From Balanoglossus misakiensis (lineage: Eukaryota > Animalia > Hemichordata): a stretch of 64,000 nucleotides of DNA. The DNA lies in assembly GCA_040954595.2 (NCBI GenBank), contig CM082587.2, forward strand, positions 10,607,403 through 10,671,402, given 5' to 3'. Below are positions 36,521 to 51,820 of the stretch, in pieces (within the stretch, counting starts at the first letter, position 1; every line of letters starts with the position of its first letter). The position numbers and the translations under genes are program-made. The notes under the pieces were generated by a model. That model saw only the letters and a list, made by a program, of their open reading frames with translations, was not told where the DNA came from and did no database searches.

Positions 36521-39500
36521 TAATAGTACCAACAGGCAATTAAAGGTATACGGTCACCTATAGTTACCATGGCAAATTGAGATCTAGCCAATCACAGATT
36601 TTATGTGGGTGGCACACGCGAAAAAAGAGCGCCGCCATATTTTCTCATCTCAGCCATATGTGGGCCTATGTAAGTGTATACCTTTAACCACCTCATGTCA
36701 TTTACAGAATTGGAACACCCTAAAGAATGCCATGCAGACAATGTCACGTGTTGTTCCATGACCAACCAAACAACAAACTCATGTCCAAATCAATTAAATT
36801 CCAAAGAATGCTCCAAATATCTTTGCAGAATTGCCACGCAAGTCGAGCATACTTAAGCACTCTGCATAACTGAAACATAAAATCCAAGCTTTTTACAATA
36901 CAACAATAAACATTCTGATCGAATTAATGACCAAATAAAACGAAAAACACAACTCGACCCACAAAAAGTATACGAAGCGCTTTTAATCGTTCATTAATGT
37001 TTGATCTCGAGGAGACGTGTTAAAAAATCCGCTATGAAAAGCAGGGGAGAACAATAACCTATTTTTACCAGGTAAACAGACACCAGGTAAAAATCCACCC
37101 ATGCTTCCAGACCGCTCTAGGATAGTGATCCATCCAATGAAACTGTATCTCTTTAACTTTAATTTGCAAACTCGTGGAATTGATCATTTTATAAATCGCT
37201 CCCTTTTGACGTTTTCTCTGTGGTTTGTTTATACGAAATGTTGCCTGTGCCAAATCTGTCCTCTGATACTGTCACTTGTATTAGAGTTCGAATTACACAG
37301 AAGTACAGTACAACGTTTTGAAGAAGTCAGAAATTTTTCGTGGGAACGGTGATATACTTAGGCCACACTCGAGCTAAAAACAAAGGTCAAAAGTCTATAT
37401 TTTATCAAAAATGTCTTGGACGCACTAACATCTACAGGATGTAGAAGGGGCGAGTCAAAACCGCGATCTACAACTGTGCCCCCCCCCCCCCCCCCCGGCT
37501 GTCTTGCTTCTATTTGGAGTGTCAATATGTGATTTAGCGTTGTTTGCGGCAGAGACTAAGCTTTGTTCTTGTTTCACTCCATTTGCTGCATTGTGCTGTG
37601 CTCTGGTATTTCTCCAGGGTCTACGGTTACACTATAGGCTGATTAGTCGTATCTTTACTACACAGACTAAAAACGTCGAAGCTTTATGTCTGTGCTTTTT
37701 ATGAACAAGCATCGTCCGATTCGAACACGACTCATCGTCAGTAACTATGTTTATTTCGCCCTTGGAGACCTCCCCTGGCCTCGTTAGGATGACTGTTACC
37801 AGGACTACCTTAAACCAATCTTTTCGAACCGGACGGTACACACGACATGTCTATGTTAATTGTCCAGGTACCAGAGTGTACGTGTGGGCTCCCTAAACCA
37901 CTCATTGGCGGCCGGTCCCTGTCCGAATAAACACGTTTGACAGACAAAAAATGATGAACAAGTGGCTTATTTCAATACTTCGTTAACTAGACGGCTGAAC
38001 TCTGAATGTTGATTCAGCAAAAAAATGTGTTTACGGCAAGGTTTCGATCAATACGACACATTTACCATTGAAAACGCCTTAAGTAAGAAAAGAAGCGATT
38101 GAGCGGAAGTGATCGATGGGGGCGTTTGACCATCAATCAAAACCACGCCCAGGTGTATGTGAACGGCCGAAGCAGTGTAACGTTTCACATTCCGTGCAAC
38201 GTCCGACACTGTGTGAGAGCGGTTGCTGTCGGGTGGCTTGACCTAATTATCGTACATTGATATGCATTTGACACCTCACTACCTGTTTTCTCAATATTGC
38301 TAAAACTTTGCGTTGAAATATCACTGAAATGTTGATGATCCACGCACAAGTCGTCTACCCCGGCACGAAAAGCTTCTTATACAAGAAAACTAATTGCATA
38401 TGACCACCAAGGTCATACCGCAAGGTGTGTCTAAATGTCAAGGAAGGACACTTGGGTCAAGAACGACCATGACGGAGGAAAAACCGACAAGTCATTGTGT
38501 AACCTGTTTACTTGCCAATAGTCAAACGTCAAAATTTACTCTCAACTTGGTTGCAGATCGAGTCTCCCGAATTTCCAACTTTTATGATTGGGTAAATACC
38601 GATATGCGACTGGTATGCGACGCGTTGACGACGCAAAGATTTTGTTGAAATCAAATGGTTTGTCAAATGTCATCTCACAGTGGAGATACCGTGGTCATCT
38701 GACATGAAAGGGTTCGATTGGGTCTGACCGCCGTCGTTCATCCATGCTTAGAAAGCTGCCATCATGGTACAAAGTAAAACCAAGGTCAAACCTTACTGAA
38801 CACATGCATGAAGAAATATTTCTCCCTGTCTGTGTACTGTATACGTACCATGATTGCCATGGTTACAAACGTCCACGTGAGAGAGAGTGCATTTTACATC
38901 TGTCTTTTCAATTTTGTTGCTTTTTTACTATTCGGAATGATGGAGTCGAAACGAAAACTTTTTGCTTCAGGTGGACCCAAGGGAAATACCTTACTTGTGA
39001 CTTTTTTCATGACCCTAAAAAGACGCCGAAATTAATGTGGCTGAGGTCACTCAGGACGACGGAATGGTTGAGCGATTTTCTTTTATGAGCTCCCACTAGT
39101 ATTTGTTTTATTGTTTCGGCAGTGTGTCGCGTTATTCGAGCAATCTGCTGTCTGAAAACGAACGGTTTTCAAAGTTTATAACAGAAGAACAGGGGTTTAA
39201 GCATAAAAGGTCCTGTTGTCTCCCTCGCTGTGTTTGTGTCACTGTGTCTTTGACGTCTGACTGACTGATTAACTGGCTGACTGACTTACTGACTGTCTGT
39301 CAACGTCTGTCTGTCTGCCCCTCTCTCTGAGAGAGAGAGTGAGCGAGCGAGCGAGCGACCGATGAGTGTCTCTACTGATGACTGTCGCTCTGTCTGTCTG
39401 CCTGTGTCTGTCTGCCACTCTGCCTGTTTCACTCTGTCTCTCCTAATTTCTTTAAAATTAGGGATATGCTATTAATGCCATATGAACGTCAGACAAGACG

Positions 39501-42500
39501 GAAACTTTTTATTCTCAAAACTGTCTGTTGTTTGCTGTTAAATATTGCAAAAGGTTAAGGGCCCTTTTCGCACGAGACACATGGCTTTGCAGCCGTAGGT
39601 CCCAATGTCATAACGATTACCCGAACTACCCTAATTTTAGCCCGCCGACCCAAAACAGTTTAGATCTTCGTAAACCGGAAGTAAAGATAACGATGTCAAA
39701 TATACAACAATTCATGAAAATTGCGAGAATCACGCAAGAACTATGATCTCATTCTTCTACACTACGATGGCCAAAGATATAAAAAATTGAAAAATAAAAA
39801 AATGTCCCTTTCTACCTACACTATTTTTGAAAACCATGTAATCGAAATAGCACATATTAGTTTTTTGGCCTAAGACATATCCAATTTCCCAACTGAACAT
39901 GACACGTGATCAAGCATTTTCGACTTATCAGATGCAATCGCTGAACACCTCACACTGAGCGAGGTTTTGTCTTTTTGTGTATGCGCCCTTTGTATTTGTG
40001 CGTGACATGACCAAGCCTTGTTAGGATTTCCCGTAAAATTCTACTCAAATGATGTATACTTTCATACTTACGACTGACAGGTATTTTCAGCGTTGCCAGC
40101 TGATTGTTTGTCAGGTACCGCTTTATAACAAGACGCCCCTCTGAGTTGATAACCTGCAATGTAACATCATTCAATTGGTCTAGTCATGTTAGCATTAGTA
40201 AAATGCTTCAAAAGTGTTAAAGGGACATGATACAAGACACCGTTTATGTTAGTGAATGAACGTTCAACCACACACAACTTCCATCCCTCTTGTACATGTA
40301 TGATACGAGAGTAAAAACTCGCCCGAAATGAATAAATGGTAGAGACCGTTTATTCATTTTGGCGACTTTTTAAAACTCTCGTGTCTATACAAGAGGAGTG
40401 GAAGGTGTGTATGGTTGAACGTTGATTCACTATATCCACATCTAGAATAATATAAACGCAGTCTTGTATCAAACATAATTAATGGAAAAAGGGCAGCGAG
40501 AGAGAGACTTTGTCCCTTTAATGAATACAGCCACAATGTTCTGTTTATATCTACTGACGGACCAGGCATGGATTGTCACGTTTAATTCTTTGAAACGTTT
40601 GGTCCTCTGAAGAAATCTGAGCACTCATCTACTCAGTTTGCTTATTTTTTCTTCCTCCACCAGTCAGTGGTATCGTCCGATTTGATACTCCACTCTAAGC
40701 CTCTTTCTGAATGGCTCTTTAAGTTGTGATCTGTAAGTCTTAAACCTTTCATCACCCCCCCCCCCCCCCCCCGTTTCCTCTTTAGAGGTCCAACATTACC
40801 ATAGAAAACAATTGGTTTGGACTGAACCATGTTGGTGAAAGGGCTAGGGTCAATTCAACTTACCTTCTGGACATTCATATTTCACAAAGGGTGTTCCAAA
40901 CAGTGCTCCAAGATCCAATTGCTGTGACAAAAAAACAATAAGTTAGCTGCCAGTACACTCAATGATGTACGCGCAGAACGTCAACTGGTAAACTGTGCGC
41001 CTGTGTCTCTTCCCATAGGAGTACATGGAGAATAGCTAGAAAACTCACTTCTACTATTGTCATTTTCATGAAATTTTACACATAGCTCCGACAAATCAAA
41101 ATAAATTCACCACGCTCTATTTTGAGATAAACTTTGTTCAATATTGTATCCATAGACAAACCATTGGTAGAAAATGCTGACCGTCAGCAGTTTTCTTCAA
41201 TTATCGACTAAATTCACGGCCTTGTTTAAAGTCGAAAACAAGTGCAGTGACCCAAAATGGATTTTCATTATACATACAAATCAGAAACGAAAATCCACGA
41301 TTAAAAGAAATGACAATGCTTTCAATTTTACTGATCGTACATCCTTAACTCGCTGCCCTTTTCCATGTTTGATACAAAACACTGTTTATGTTAATGTAAA
41401 TGTGGATATATAGTGATGCAACGTTCAACCGCACACACCTTCCATCCCGCATGTAGACACGAGAGCGAAAACTCGCCAAACTGAAAAATCGGTCTCTACC
41501 ATTTATTCATTTTGGGCGAGTTTTTACTCTCATATCATACAAGCAGGATGGAAGTTGTGTGTGGTTGAACGTTCATTCACTACATATACACATGCCCATT
41601 AATATAAACGGTGTCTTGTATCAAACATAATTAATGGAAAAAGGGCGACGAGAGAGAGAGTTTGTCCCTTTAAGGCGACATGATGCATGAAGTGGCGAAA
41701 GATAAACGCGACTGACCACCACAAGATGGCATTAAACACTGTCAAGCAAGGCACTTCAAATGCCAATTGTTTAAGTGTGTACTAAGTAATAGGTTCATGT
41801 ACCATATCCTGGGGGGGGGGGGTCAAATCACAACAGTTGGACATGTACGAATATGAAGAGACGATATCAGTTTTTTCATGTCTTGCTTTAGTAAAAAATC
41901 TTTCTTGAACTTTGTAGTTCAAATATAGAATTCATTGAACTTTACTTTAGCTTATGAACTCTCATTTGCACATCGTCATCTTGAAATTGTGTCGACTTTA
42001 TCATAAGGTTTTTATCACTCAACTTGGTCGCAAAACCTATTTAAGTTAGTGAGAATAGGACGTTCACCTTTTAGGTTTAACGAAGGTTGATGGCTACAGC
42101 CGTTAATCCTGACTCATACACATGTTGCAGCCAGTATACTCTGCAGACATTGGACACAACATTTTTACGAACCATTAAATTTTATTGGACCATCAAGTTT
42201 ATTGACCCATGACGTTCATATAGATTTTATGACACGACCGACGCTATAATCGGTCCATACCTTCGGCGAGTCAAGTGTTTTATAACATCATAAGATATTA
42301 ATACCTATCACCTAGTCAAACGATTTCAAGTTATAAAATTTCCACGCCAATAGGACGCCTTTAGGTGGAAATGCAACCAGGTATCCTGAATAGGAAAATA
42401 TTCTGGGTATCTGTCAAGTTTAGTCCCATATTTAGGGGACCAAGCGCCCTCAGCCGCTTGGTCCCCTTCTGTTATTGCTGGAGTTTGTCTTCTTTCTTCT

Positions 42501-43691
42501 TGAGTCGTTTTTTTGCGCCCGTTTTTCTCTGAAATTCCGGCAGGTGCGCCTTCCAAATTTGGCACGGTGGTTTGGGCCCATGAGTACTGGTGCACCTGCC
42601 CTTTGAATTTGTAATTAGTCACGTGACTTTGTGGCTATAATCGAGCGAAATTTTCAAATTGACCTAATTTGCACGTTAATGGGGGCATGTACATTCTTTT
42701 CGCGATTTTTGTAGACCATGTGGCCAAAATCCCCTGTGCCAAATTTCAAGGTCCTAGGCCACGCCGATTTTGAGAAGAAGATTTTTGTAATATTTTTTCG
42801 CATTTTTTGGTGGGCTGAGGACGGACATTGGGGCATCGGACTTTGACCGTCATTATGACCGTCATTACGTTTTTGCCCAAATGTATAAGGTGATTTGGAT
42901 GACCTCTGTCATACAGTGCCATATCTCAGCCCGTTGTACAGGTGCAGCTTTGGTATTTGCAGGGATGAAACTATCATGAAATGTCAAATACAGGGGGATA
43001 CCTGTGACACCTGCTTGATTCATGTATTACGTGCATACCTAATGTTAGGCAAAGTGAAAAGGCTGCAAATGTAGGATTTGTTGCACATGACATTAACAGG
43101 AATGAAATTTTTTTGTCAAATTTTTAGGTGACCTCAGGTGTCCATTGACCTGCTTTCCATATGTTAGCACGCACAGCATATATAGCCAGGTGTTTGGAGG
43201 GGTAGGGTAGGACCGTCATGAAATGCTAAATTCCTAGGGCCACCTGTAACTTACTTGCGTAACTCATTATTATGGCCATACCTAATTTTAAAAACCCAAA
43301 GGGCGAGAATTTTCCGTTGTCTTGAATATGAACCAAATAGGAATCCAAATTTTTGGCCCAAATTTTGGGTACCTTCAGCTGACCTTTGAAGTACTTAACT
43401 GAAGTCCTTACATAACGTAGAAGTTCACTTTTGGTTGTTGTGTTTGTACTTGTAGGACATCCATTTCGGGTGGTTGCCTACTTCCCCATATCTCCACATC
43501 CAGAGCAAATACAGCCTACGCATTTGAATGGTACAACCCTGAATGGAGTCTAATGGTTATTATCTCTATGCTTTGGCCCCTTCAATGCTGCTTGCAGCTT
43601 TAATTATTACTATTATTATTGTCACGATATAAAGACACCAACTAAAAACTTACAAAATCACAATGTCTTCACAACTCAAAATTTCACTCAC

Positions 43692-44760
43692 TTCTTTTAG
43701 TTTGGTAGCCACTCCTCCTTTCTGTCCTAGCATAACAGGAGCACCATCACTGCCCAAAGCAGACAGACAATCTCTTAAGACAATACCATTCTCTGAAGAA
43801 AACTCTTTCACTGACTGTGCAATGGTGTCTGCTCTGCCATCACCAACCTGAAAAAGTGAAAATAAAACCTTGATGTTAACACATGCAATGTACAACTCAA
43901 TGTTTGTCTCACCTGAAATAACTAGTCAGCAAAATCAATTAAATGAGGTCACTCAAAAACATGTTTAATCGTATGTTTTTAATTCAGTGTAGACTTAAAA
44001 ATTGAAAAACTTTCCACTTACTTCTTTAACTCCAAGGAAAGACACAAATGACTTCCCAGACTTCAAGATGTACTTGGAATAGATGATTAATTGCTTCAAT
44101 ACAGCCACATCAGTTGTTTCATCTATTAACAGTGAATAGAAGTTACTTCCCTTCATCTTCTCTAAAATCTCATCACGGATGACTTTGCCTGAAAAATGAA
44201 ATAAATGAAAATTCACAGTAATTTGTACAGTAATTATTATTTATTGAGTGTAACACTATTGCTTAAACAGTGATCCTTTCTTGAAAACAACCAGGTTTAA
44301 ATAAATGTTACTACATTGCATTGCCTACAATTTAGATCTGCACAAAAATCAGTAGACCTACTTACCAATGCAATAAACCATTATAGTTGTGGTCATCACT
44401 GCTGAGAGTACCAAGGAATGAACACCCGAGGGACTTTGCCAATTCCAAAACATGGATGAAGTTGGTGGTGTGCGGCAATTCTCTGTGCATGAGAAAATAC
44501 ATGCATCGTAGGACGCCGATGCATAAAGGCTTGCGTCTCAACGGTGATGACCTTTTCAAATGCAGCCACAAGACCGCTGCTGTTCTCGGTAATTGTTGCC
44601 TCGGCGTCAAGCTGCATTGCCGTCCAGTGGATCATCGTATCTTCATGCTGCTTGTGTTTGTCTTCGCGAAGGGTGGTACATGTACAATGAGATGTTGTAA
44701 CCCAAGTCCCTCCGCACTTGGCCTTCTGCTTGTGTTCTGTACAAAGGCGACAAAACATCC
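43692..44760 (-). pseudogene. hAT-family (ZNF862-like) transposase relic, exons 44366-44760, 44022-44188, 43692-43847
   Basis: MFCRLC zinc finger, YFLMHRELPHTTNF, FYSLLIDETTDVAVLKQL, GSDGAPVMLGQKGGVATKLKE. Frameshifted; C-terminal half and TIRs not found. Confidence 0.8.
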
Positions 44761-47700
44761 CTAAACTGAATAAATATCATTCTCTCAAACGTCAGCCGCA
44801 TGCGGGAGCGTGCACCAGAAACAATAAATATTTACCCGGGCGGGAATGAAAAGAAAGCAGGGCGCGCGTAAGATAGCAGGGTGGCAAAAATAAAGGAGGG
44901 CGGGTCTGCCCAGCTAACCCCCCCCCAAAATATTAACTCTCTGTGTTTACCATAGACTAATAGTGTCTCAAATTTTACCCTGTGTGAACCTGGTAAGAGA
45001 CGTGTCTCAAATCTGAGAAGATTCAGGACCACTTAAACCATTCACCAATAATAATTTATGCCAGTATTTGATCTGAGACGTTTTAGCAATTTCTTAACGG
45101 TCCTTGTGTGACCCCCATATCAGTTGAAGCTGACAAATCCAGTATTTGGATTATTTACATGGATTTTGTGTACAGTGTGAATTGTAATTAAAGCTCCATT
45201 ACCTTTAACTTTTTCCTGTGTTTTCAGTATCTTTGTTTAGCAGTTTCTTGTGCAAATTCCCGAAACATGATGAAACATATATGTGTATGGTCAGCATTGT
45301 TATTGTGCCAAATTGGAATTTAAGTCCAGACTAGAATCTATGAATTATTGTCAACAATGACAATGGCCATTATACACATACATTCTGTGCTGACAAGTAA
45401 CAATCTGTATGGAGTAGAACATGAAATCGCATTTGCTACATAGAACAAAAATACTGGAAATAAAGCCAAAAGATACAACGAATGTATATTTAACTTTAAC
45501 TGCATTCTCATTCTCATCTGTATATATTTTACTGAGATTGTTTCATCAGGGTTTATCAGTATTCTAAACCAGCGTATGTGTGCATACAATCTGATTAAAA
45601 TCAGATGTAGGGTACGGCGACGTCTTTTACTTCGCAGTACGGTATTCTTATACTGTCGCCTCACACTACATCTGACCAACTCCCATAGAAGCTCCCGTTG
45701 AAAACTCTAGTAAACCAATCAGACGGTGCCTTATAGAGAACTTTAGGTATCCTTCAGTTTTGATTGACATAAAGTGCAATCTGATTGGCCTGGCTGCAAC
45801 GGGACGTTGAACAAGCTTCTATATCTGATTCATATAATACTGAAAGGGTCAAGAATGGCATACACTACATGTATGAGCTCATGGAATGTGTTTCTTCCCA
45901 TAGGATGACATTAAGAATTGATAGAAAACCCTTTTCTACTATTGTCATTTTTATGAAGTTTTACTCATAACTCATCCAAATTAAATTAAATTCAGTGATT
46001 GATATAAGTTGTAGGCTCACCACTGTGCTCAGTTTTGAGATAAACTTAAATGTGTCCATGCCTATAGAAAAATAACATAGAAAGACCTATGGTGAAAAAT
46101 GTTGACTTTAATTCAGGCTGCATTAGTGGAAAAATAATCATACTTTGTCTGGCATAGAAACTCAGAATCTACAAAAAAGGCCTTTAAAACATGAATGGAA
46201 ATGAAAATACTGCTACAATAAGAAATTCTTACCTTGAATAAAGTATTTATTGGTACCACCACTTCCATAAAGAAACCACTGTGCTGGTGTATTGAGTTGT
46301 CAATCTGGGTTTGCCCGTTGGCCTTGCTTTGAGTTCCAATTCATGATGATGGTGTATTAGGACACTGGACTTGAAACAGGTGTATGCTGGTATTATACGC
46401 GTTGAAAGTATTGTCATTCTTTTAATTGTGGAATTTTGGATTATCCTGTGTATGTATAATGAGAATCCGTTAAAAATTGTAGGGGTCATTGCCCTTTTAA
46501 AAAAAATACAGAGCCATGAATTTAGTTGATAATAGAAGAAATTTGCTGTCTCAGCATTTTTTACCAATGGTTTGTCTATGGGCGAAGATTTTAACGCAAT
46601 TTATCTCATAATAGAGCATGGTGACCACATAATTTTTTTTGACCAATGAATTTACGTTTACTTGTCTGAGCTATGTGTAATATTTCTTGAACAAAAACTA
46701 TTCTTGAAAAGTCCTGGGGAAAAATCAAGCCAGCCATTATTTATTGTATTGAAATAGATGGGGGGAGGCACAATGAAAATGGCATATGGTACTCCATAGA
46801 TTTCTGGAAACCACTGGTGAACTTGTTGATAAGTATTGAGCAATCTGAATGATATGTACACAGTGGGTATTTGGTTGTAGACACAAGACCTCTCGGCAAA
46901 ATTTTCATCAAAGAGGTTTTAAATCCGTAACCAAATATAAGTGCACACCATTTAAAATGTCATTTATAATATGATTTTGCGTGATAAAAAATCTGATGTT
47001 TTGATTTTAAGTATTACATGCCAGAAAGGCCTCATTGCTCATGTAAAATGCCACTTGTACAAACATGTTGTAGAATTTCTTAAGTAGAGCGCCTTGATGC
47101 CCATGACCAATCCAAGTTTATAAACTGTGTTCTATTAGTCCTGTTTCAAAATGATCTACATTACAGGTCCTATGCACATGTAGCAAATGTTCTGATTGGT
47201 TCATCCGCTTCTCTAAGGTCCACTTGTGGCACGCTGATTGGAGGGACCTTATGTGTTAGGTCTTATTACTATGTATTATTCACTTTACAGCTCCCTGATT
47301 GGTTAAAGTGTAGGTCTGGTCCTCCGGTGTTCACTACCTCATTATAGGTCAGGTCTTATTACTATGTATTATTCACTTTACAGCTCCCTGATTGGTTAAT
47401 GCGTAGGTCTCCAGTTTTCACTGCCACGTTATACAGCTGTAGTGATTTCCGCGACTCGACATAAAGTTACAACGAAACATGCCAGACAAATCTTCATGCG
47501 TTGAATTTTCATGCTTAATACTTCTCTCTGTCCCCTAATGCATTACAAGGCACGTTGGCTTGGTGTTTCCTATTGCTGCTTACGGATACAAACTACACGT
47601 TTTTTTTTTTTTATTTGACTGGCGCATTGGCCGCATGTACAACAGCGAGGGCTGTGAATGACAAGCGGGAACAATAGAGCTTCAAGGAAACATATGGGGC

Positions 47701-48246
47701 TACTCGAAAATTGTGGCCGTGTGAGAACAGATGTTCGCAGTCGACTGACCAGTTAGTGCAAGCCCTCCTTGATTCTCGTGGGTCAGTTGTACCGGTCATA
47801 CCCGACATATACGATCCCAATTTATATACTGAAAAAGTGATTTCCGTGATTTTCATTTTGAATATTACGTCCTAAAATGGAAAATTTGTCCTATTTTGCA
47901 CCTTCCCGAATTTTTTTTACAATATTCAGCCCATAATTTTCTGATAAGTTAGCCAACGCTCTGAAATTTACACTAAATTCTCCTTACCACAGAGATACGA
48001 AAATTACACAGACTATATGATTCATACTGTCATTACCATTATTATAACAAGTCAAAAATGTGATTTAATCCAAAAAAATCCGAATGCATATCAAAAAACG
48101 GTAAACAAAATCTCTTTACGTGTGTTATACACAATACATACAATTAGCTCGAAATGTTCAGAATGTCTCAGATGTTCAGAATAAAAGACCTTAATGTCAA
48201 AAAATACAATAAATAATTATGTCTCATTGCCGTCGGCGAACAGATA

Positions 48247-49363
48247 CTACCTTAAGTTATGATACAAGTTAATGTGTCTCTGTGCCAAGAATGTACATAC
48301 TTTGACAATAACTGGCATAAACCAACGAGGATGGCGATATATTTCGCTAGTTACTCGATATGTTTTGATATACTTAATGCTGTGTTCGATATTCACACGG
48401 GCTTGATTGAACTCTCGATTAAAAACTCGCTTCTCCACGCGAAATGGGCCTACGAGTTGACGGGATGGGTACCTCGTTAGCAGTGGATATCTGTTTGGAT
48501 AACCCTGATCAGCCAACAAGTAAGTTTCACGTGGAATCGGCAATTCTCCAGTAGCTGGAATTGTGCTGCATCGTTAGCATGACCAAGAAATCCAGATTGG
48601 ATGTGTATAATGCTCCCCTGGTTGTCCACAAAGACTTGAGTGCTCATGCAATGATATCTTGCATACCCGCTGTAAAAGAGGTTATTGTATTGGCCTTCAG
48701 ATTCGGGTCGGTATTGTACCGATGGCATCCGGAAAGAAATCCCACTGACCTCGTAACTGATGGCAACGTTGCATCGTAGGCCATCGTACCATGCGGCGAA
48801 AGTAATGCCAAAGTAAAGGCAAAATATGGTAAATTTCTCTGTTTGCAGTCCCTCTGCTTACTCCAAACCAAGCTGCCAATAAATCCAAAGTGGGGTAATG
48901 TCTTAACCAAACGAAAATCAACAAAAAAACGATTTTGTGGGTCCAGAGAAAATGGTCGCCCGGAAGATCCATTTACGTCACCTCGATTGCGGAGCCGCGG
49001 TTCCAGATCTCTAACAATGGCTTCAAATGACGGAACTGTCTCTCCTGTCAAAAACCACAAGTAGCGTGGTCTTTGAGACAATGAGCTCCAGACGTCGATA
49101 CCATGTGTGTCGTTATTACCGTTGTTGTCCGGGAAGAGTAGTCTGTAAATGTCCGGCGGTTGTTCCATTGGTGGACGCGAAACAGACAAAAGAAGTGTGA
49201 GAAGCAGCAGTAATAGTTCTGTTTCACCAGACTGTGTTAGCATACGCAATTCTTCTTCACAATAAATGGGAGGATGGATAGCCACAGAAATGAACTGCAA
49301 GGTAGCAAGTAAGCTGAGAAGTTGCGAAATCATCAAGACAACGTGATTGCGTTGCAGCGACAT
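48247..49363 (-). pseudogene. Intronless HTH + DDE_Tnp_4 (HARBI1-like) transposase, broken
   Basis: LLIFVWLRHYPT..LAAWFGVS, FYSGY..YHC, SGFLGHANDA, LLADQGYP, RVNIEHSI spread over several frames. Lesions at ~48925, ~48715 (deletion removing the first catalytic IDG motif) and ~48545. Confidence 0.85.
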
Positions 49364-50400
49364 TTTGATGTAGATTTTCAACTGGAGTGATTGTAGTCCG
49401 ATGAGTCAGTATTTAGACATGAAAGCTTTCGATAGAACAGGTGTCAACAACCTTTCCTACCAATCATAACCGTGAAATTAGTTAGACATAAATTACAGGT
49501 GCTTTAGGGCCAAAAATGATAGTTGCTTCTACCCGAAATATAACTTCGTAGGTTTCAAACTGAGTCCACCCATTCTATGGAGTTGATTAATGCAGTGTGA
49601 ATTTAAAACAAATACCAAATCACAGGAACTATTATGAGAATGTCACGTGTCTACTAGACAAAAAACTTTAATCATGTAAGTACACTGGCGTATCTGAAAC
49701 CAGCTATATAATATACACAAGTCTGCATTTGAGTAATTTCGTTGCTCTGTGGGAACTACCCATGGTCGACATATACTTGTCAATAGGATTGTACGTAAAA
49801 TAAATGGAACTTACTACTGTAATTTAAAATTTACCTTGAAAAACTATTCTGATAAAATAAATAAAATAAAAACTTTGCCACCGTGCTTAATTTTTACAGA
49901 GATCTCCTCAGAAAATTCCAACCCTAAAGATCCACTGAAGAAACGTGATGACCGAACAATTTTGCTCCACAATATTTCCTATTAAATTTTGTTTTCTAAA
50001 TTTGCAGAGTTGTTCTGTTCTCCACAAAACACTTTGACAAAAATGGAAATCAGCTTTCAGTAAAAATGGCACTGATATTTTCATACTCTGAAGCCCTAAG
50101 TTTGTTTTACCATGGTTATACCAGCGAAAATTTGTCACGAGTTAAGAAAATGTATGAGTGGTAAAAGTGAAAGTATTGACATTTCTCCAAATAGTCGGTT
50201 TTGGGATTCTTCTTTGTCCCCGTTATCAAAATCTGAAATAAAATACGAGGGTCACCGCACTCATTTGTGAGACACAAGACCATGCATTGTAACTCCGAGA
50301 GAAAAACCTGAGTCAGCATTTTGTCCCCAAGAGATCATTCTATTCATTTTGTCTCCAAATTAAGTGCGTTGGCTATACACATTTATTTCATCACACATCT

Positions 50401-50432
<32 letters not shown>

Positions 50433-50702
50433 ACATAATACGAGTCTTTCATTATGCTCATATGATAGTATTGATGACCTTCTATATCTGGTTACGTTCA
50501 TAAAGGCCAACACAATCACCATGTTTGAAGATCTCCTGAGGATTTGCATTACAAAGATCACTGCAAACGTGAAGCGTTTTCTACAGTTTAGTTTTGATTG
50601 GTCAATTCCTATTGTAAATTCAAAGTTAAACAGGTGCTCGTAGTCCAAAGATCACGGTGGTCATCTCTCAATGTAAAACTTTTGTCTTTCTCAACAACCA
50701 AC

Positions 50703-51820
50703 ATGGCTGCAACACCACGTGTAGCACGCGTTCCTGTAACAGAAGCCGAAATCGGACTAGTTTCTGCCGGAATGCGAGTCCATAATACTGATTATGACGC
50801 CATCGTCCGTTTTATCAGGCAATCCCCTCGCTTGATGATACAAAGTGGTTTGCCGGAAGAAACCGTGAGGCTGTACACCAACGGTCTCATGCGACAACTA
50901 CGGCGACGTGTTCGCAATATTGTGATAAGGCGTGTAGCTGGGTGAGTTGTCATTTTTTTATAGATTATTTTGAGAACTTGACGTCAGTAATAATATAGCT
51001 AGTATGTACAAACAGAACGTTTTTTGTTGCCGGCCTGATGTATTTTCTGGGGAATACATACAGACCAAAACCCTTGATAGAATAGTGGTGGCAATTACGT
51101 TTGATTTCAAAATTCCCGCTAATCTGTCGTCATTTCGCGGGATTTTCTGTGAAATGGCGAAATTAACATATAGGGTCAGACAGTGTTTAAAATAAGATTG
51201 GTAGTGTTACTGGCTACGCATTTTTCTTGGCCTGAGTAGTACCTTTGTTCTCTCACATCCAGAAACTGATATTGTTCGTTTTTTTATCATTACAGTGCTC
51301 GTCAAATGAGAGAGCAAGAGATGCGCTATGCGGCCCTAGCTTCCCCCGATGAGAGAAGAGCCAGACAGCAAGGAGGCCAGCCGCAGTTGCTGGCAGCTGC
51401 TGTACATGTACCACTGCTGTACATGTACCACTCATGCCAGGGGTGGTCCAGGCTCAGGCTGGTGGACAGCCAATTCAGCCGCCTGTTCCGGTTGTGCCAC
51501 CATTGCCGGAAAGACAGGCCCCTGGACCTGTTCCTATGATGGTTCCCGATCCATATCACTACCCATTTGATCAACGGGAAGAGCCTGTGCCCGGACCAGC
51601 AGAAGACCCTGCTGATGCTGCGGACGCAAGGGACATCCCCTTGCCGGAAGAACCCCTTCCCGATAGGCAGCAACCACGACAGGGTAGAGTGCGGCTGTAT
51701 CAACTCGTCCGGGAAGCCCACGAGTTATACATTATTTTTTTAAGGAATGACCTTCCAGATACGATTGCCAACATCCACCGCACGTTGGAGAGACTGAACG
51801 AGCATTTAGATGGACTTTGA
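50703..51820 (+). pseudogene. Transposon accessory protein, join(50703-50941, 51296-51820), ~248 aa after removing a 17-bp duplication
   Basis: GT-AG phase-2 intron; tandem ctgctgtacatgtacca x2 (51397-51430) causes the frameshift. SANT/Myb-like N-terminus, Pro/Gln-rich middle, helical C-terminus. Confidence 0.7.

Larger units (their letters stand above)
1..40921 (-). pseudogene. Uninflatable-like multidomain extracellular protein gene (CLECT-LDLa-CUBx3-sushi x4-EGF_CA-sushi x4-Thr-rich), apparently disabled; start exon not found, 3' end outside window
   Basis: GT-AG exons with mostly consistent phases, 5'->3': 40864-40921, 40072-40153 (GYQLRGASCYK..NTCQ), 15945-16063 (FYGGHL..GWIG), 15295-15510 (WADTEPD..CV..WYHARC), 14311-14415 (LDLa [21 protein letters not shown]), CUB half-exons 13390-13523, 12647-12843, 12265-12416, 11259-11460, 9313-9497, 8159-8342, sushi 5883-6068, 4694-4873, 4058-4240, 3554-3736, EGF 2613-2741 (DINEC), sushi 2121-~2300, 1658-1852, 1103-1283, ~507-686, Thr-rich 1-~433. 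Lesions are listed under findings. The uninflatable resemblance rests on domain order only. Confidence 0.85.

Noticed and set aside
36520-39900. Numerous 60-115 aa ORFs
   Set aside because: No recognisable motifs or splice-consistent structure; treated as intronic sequence.
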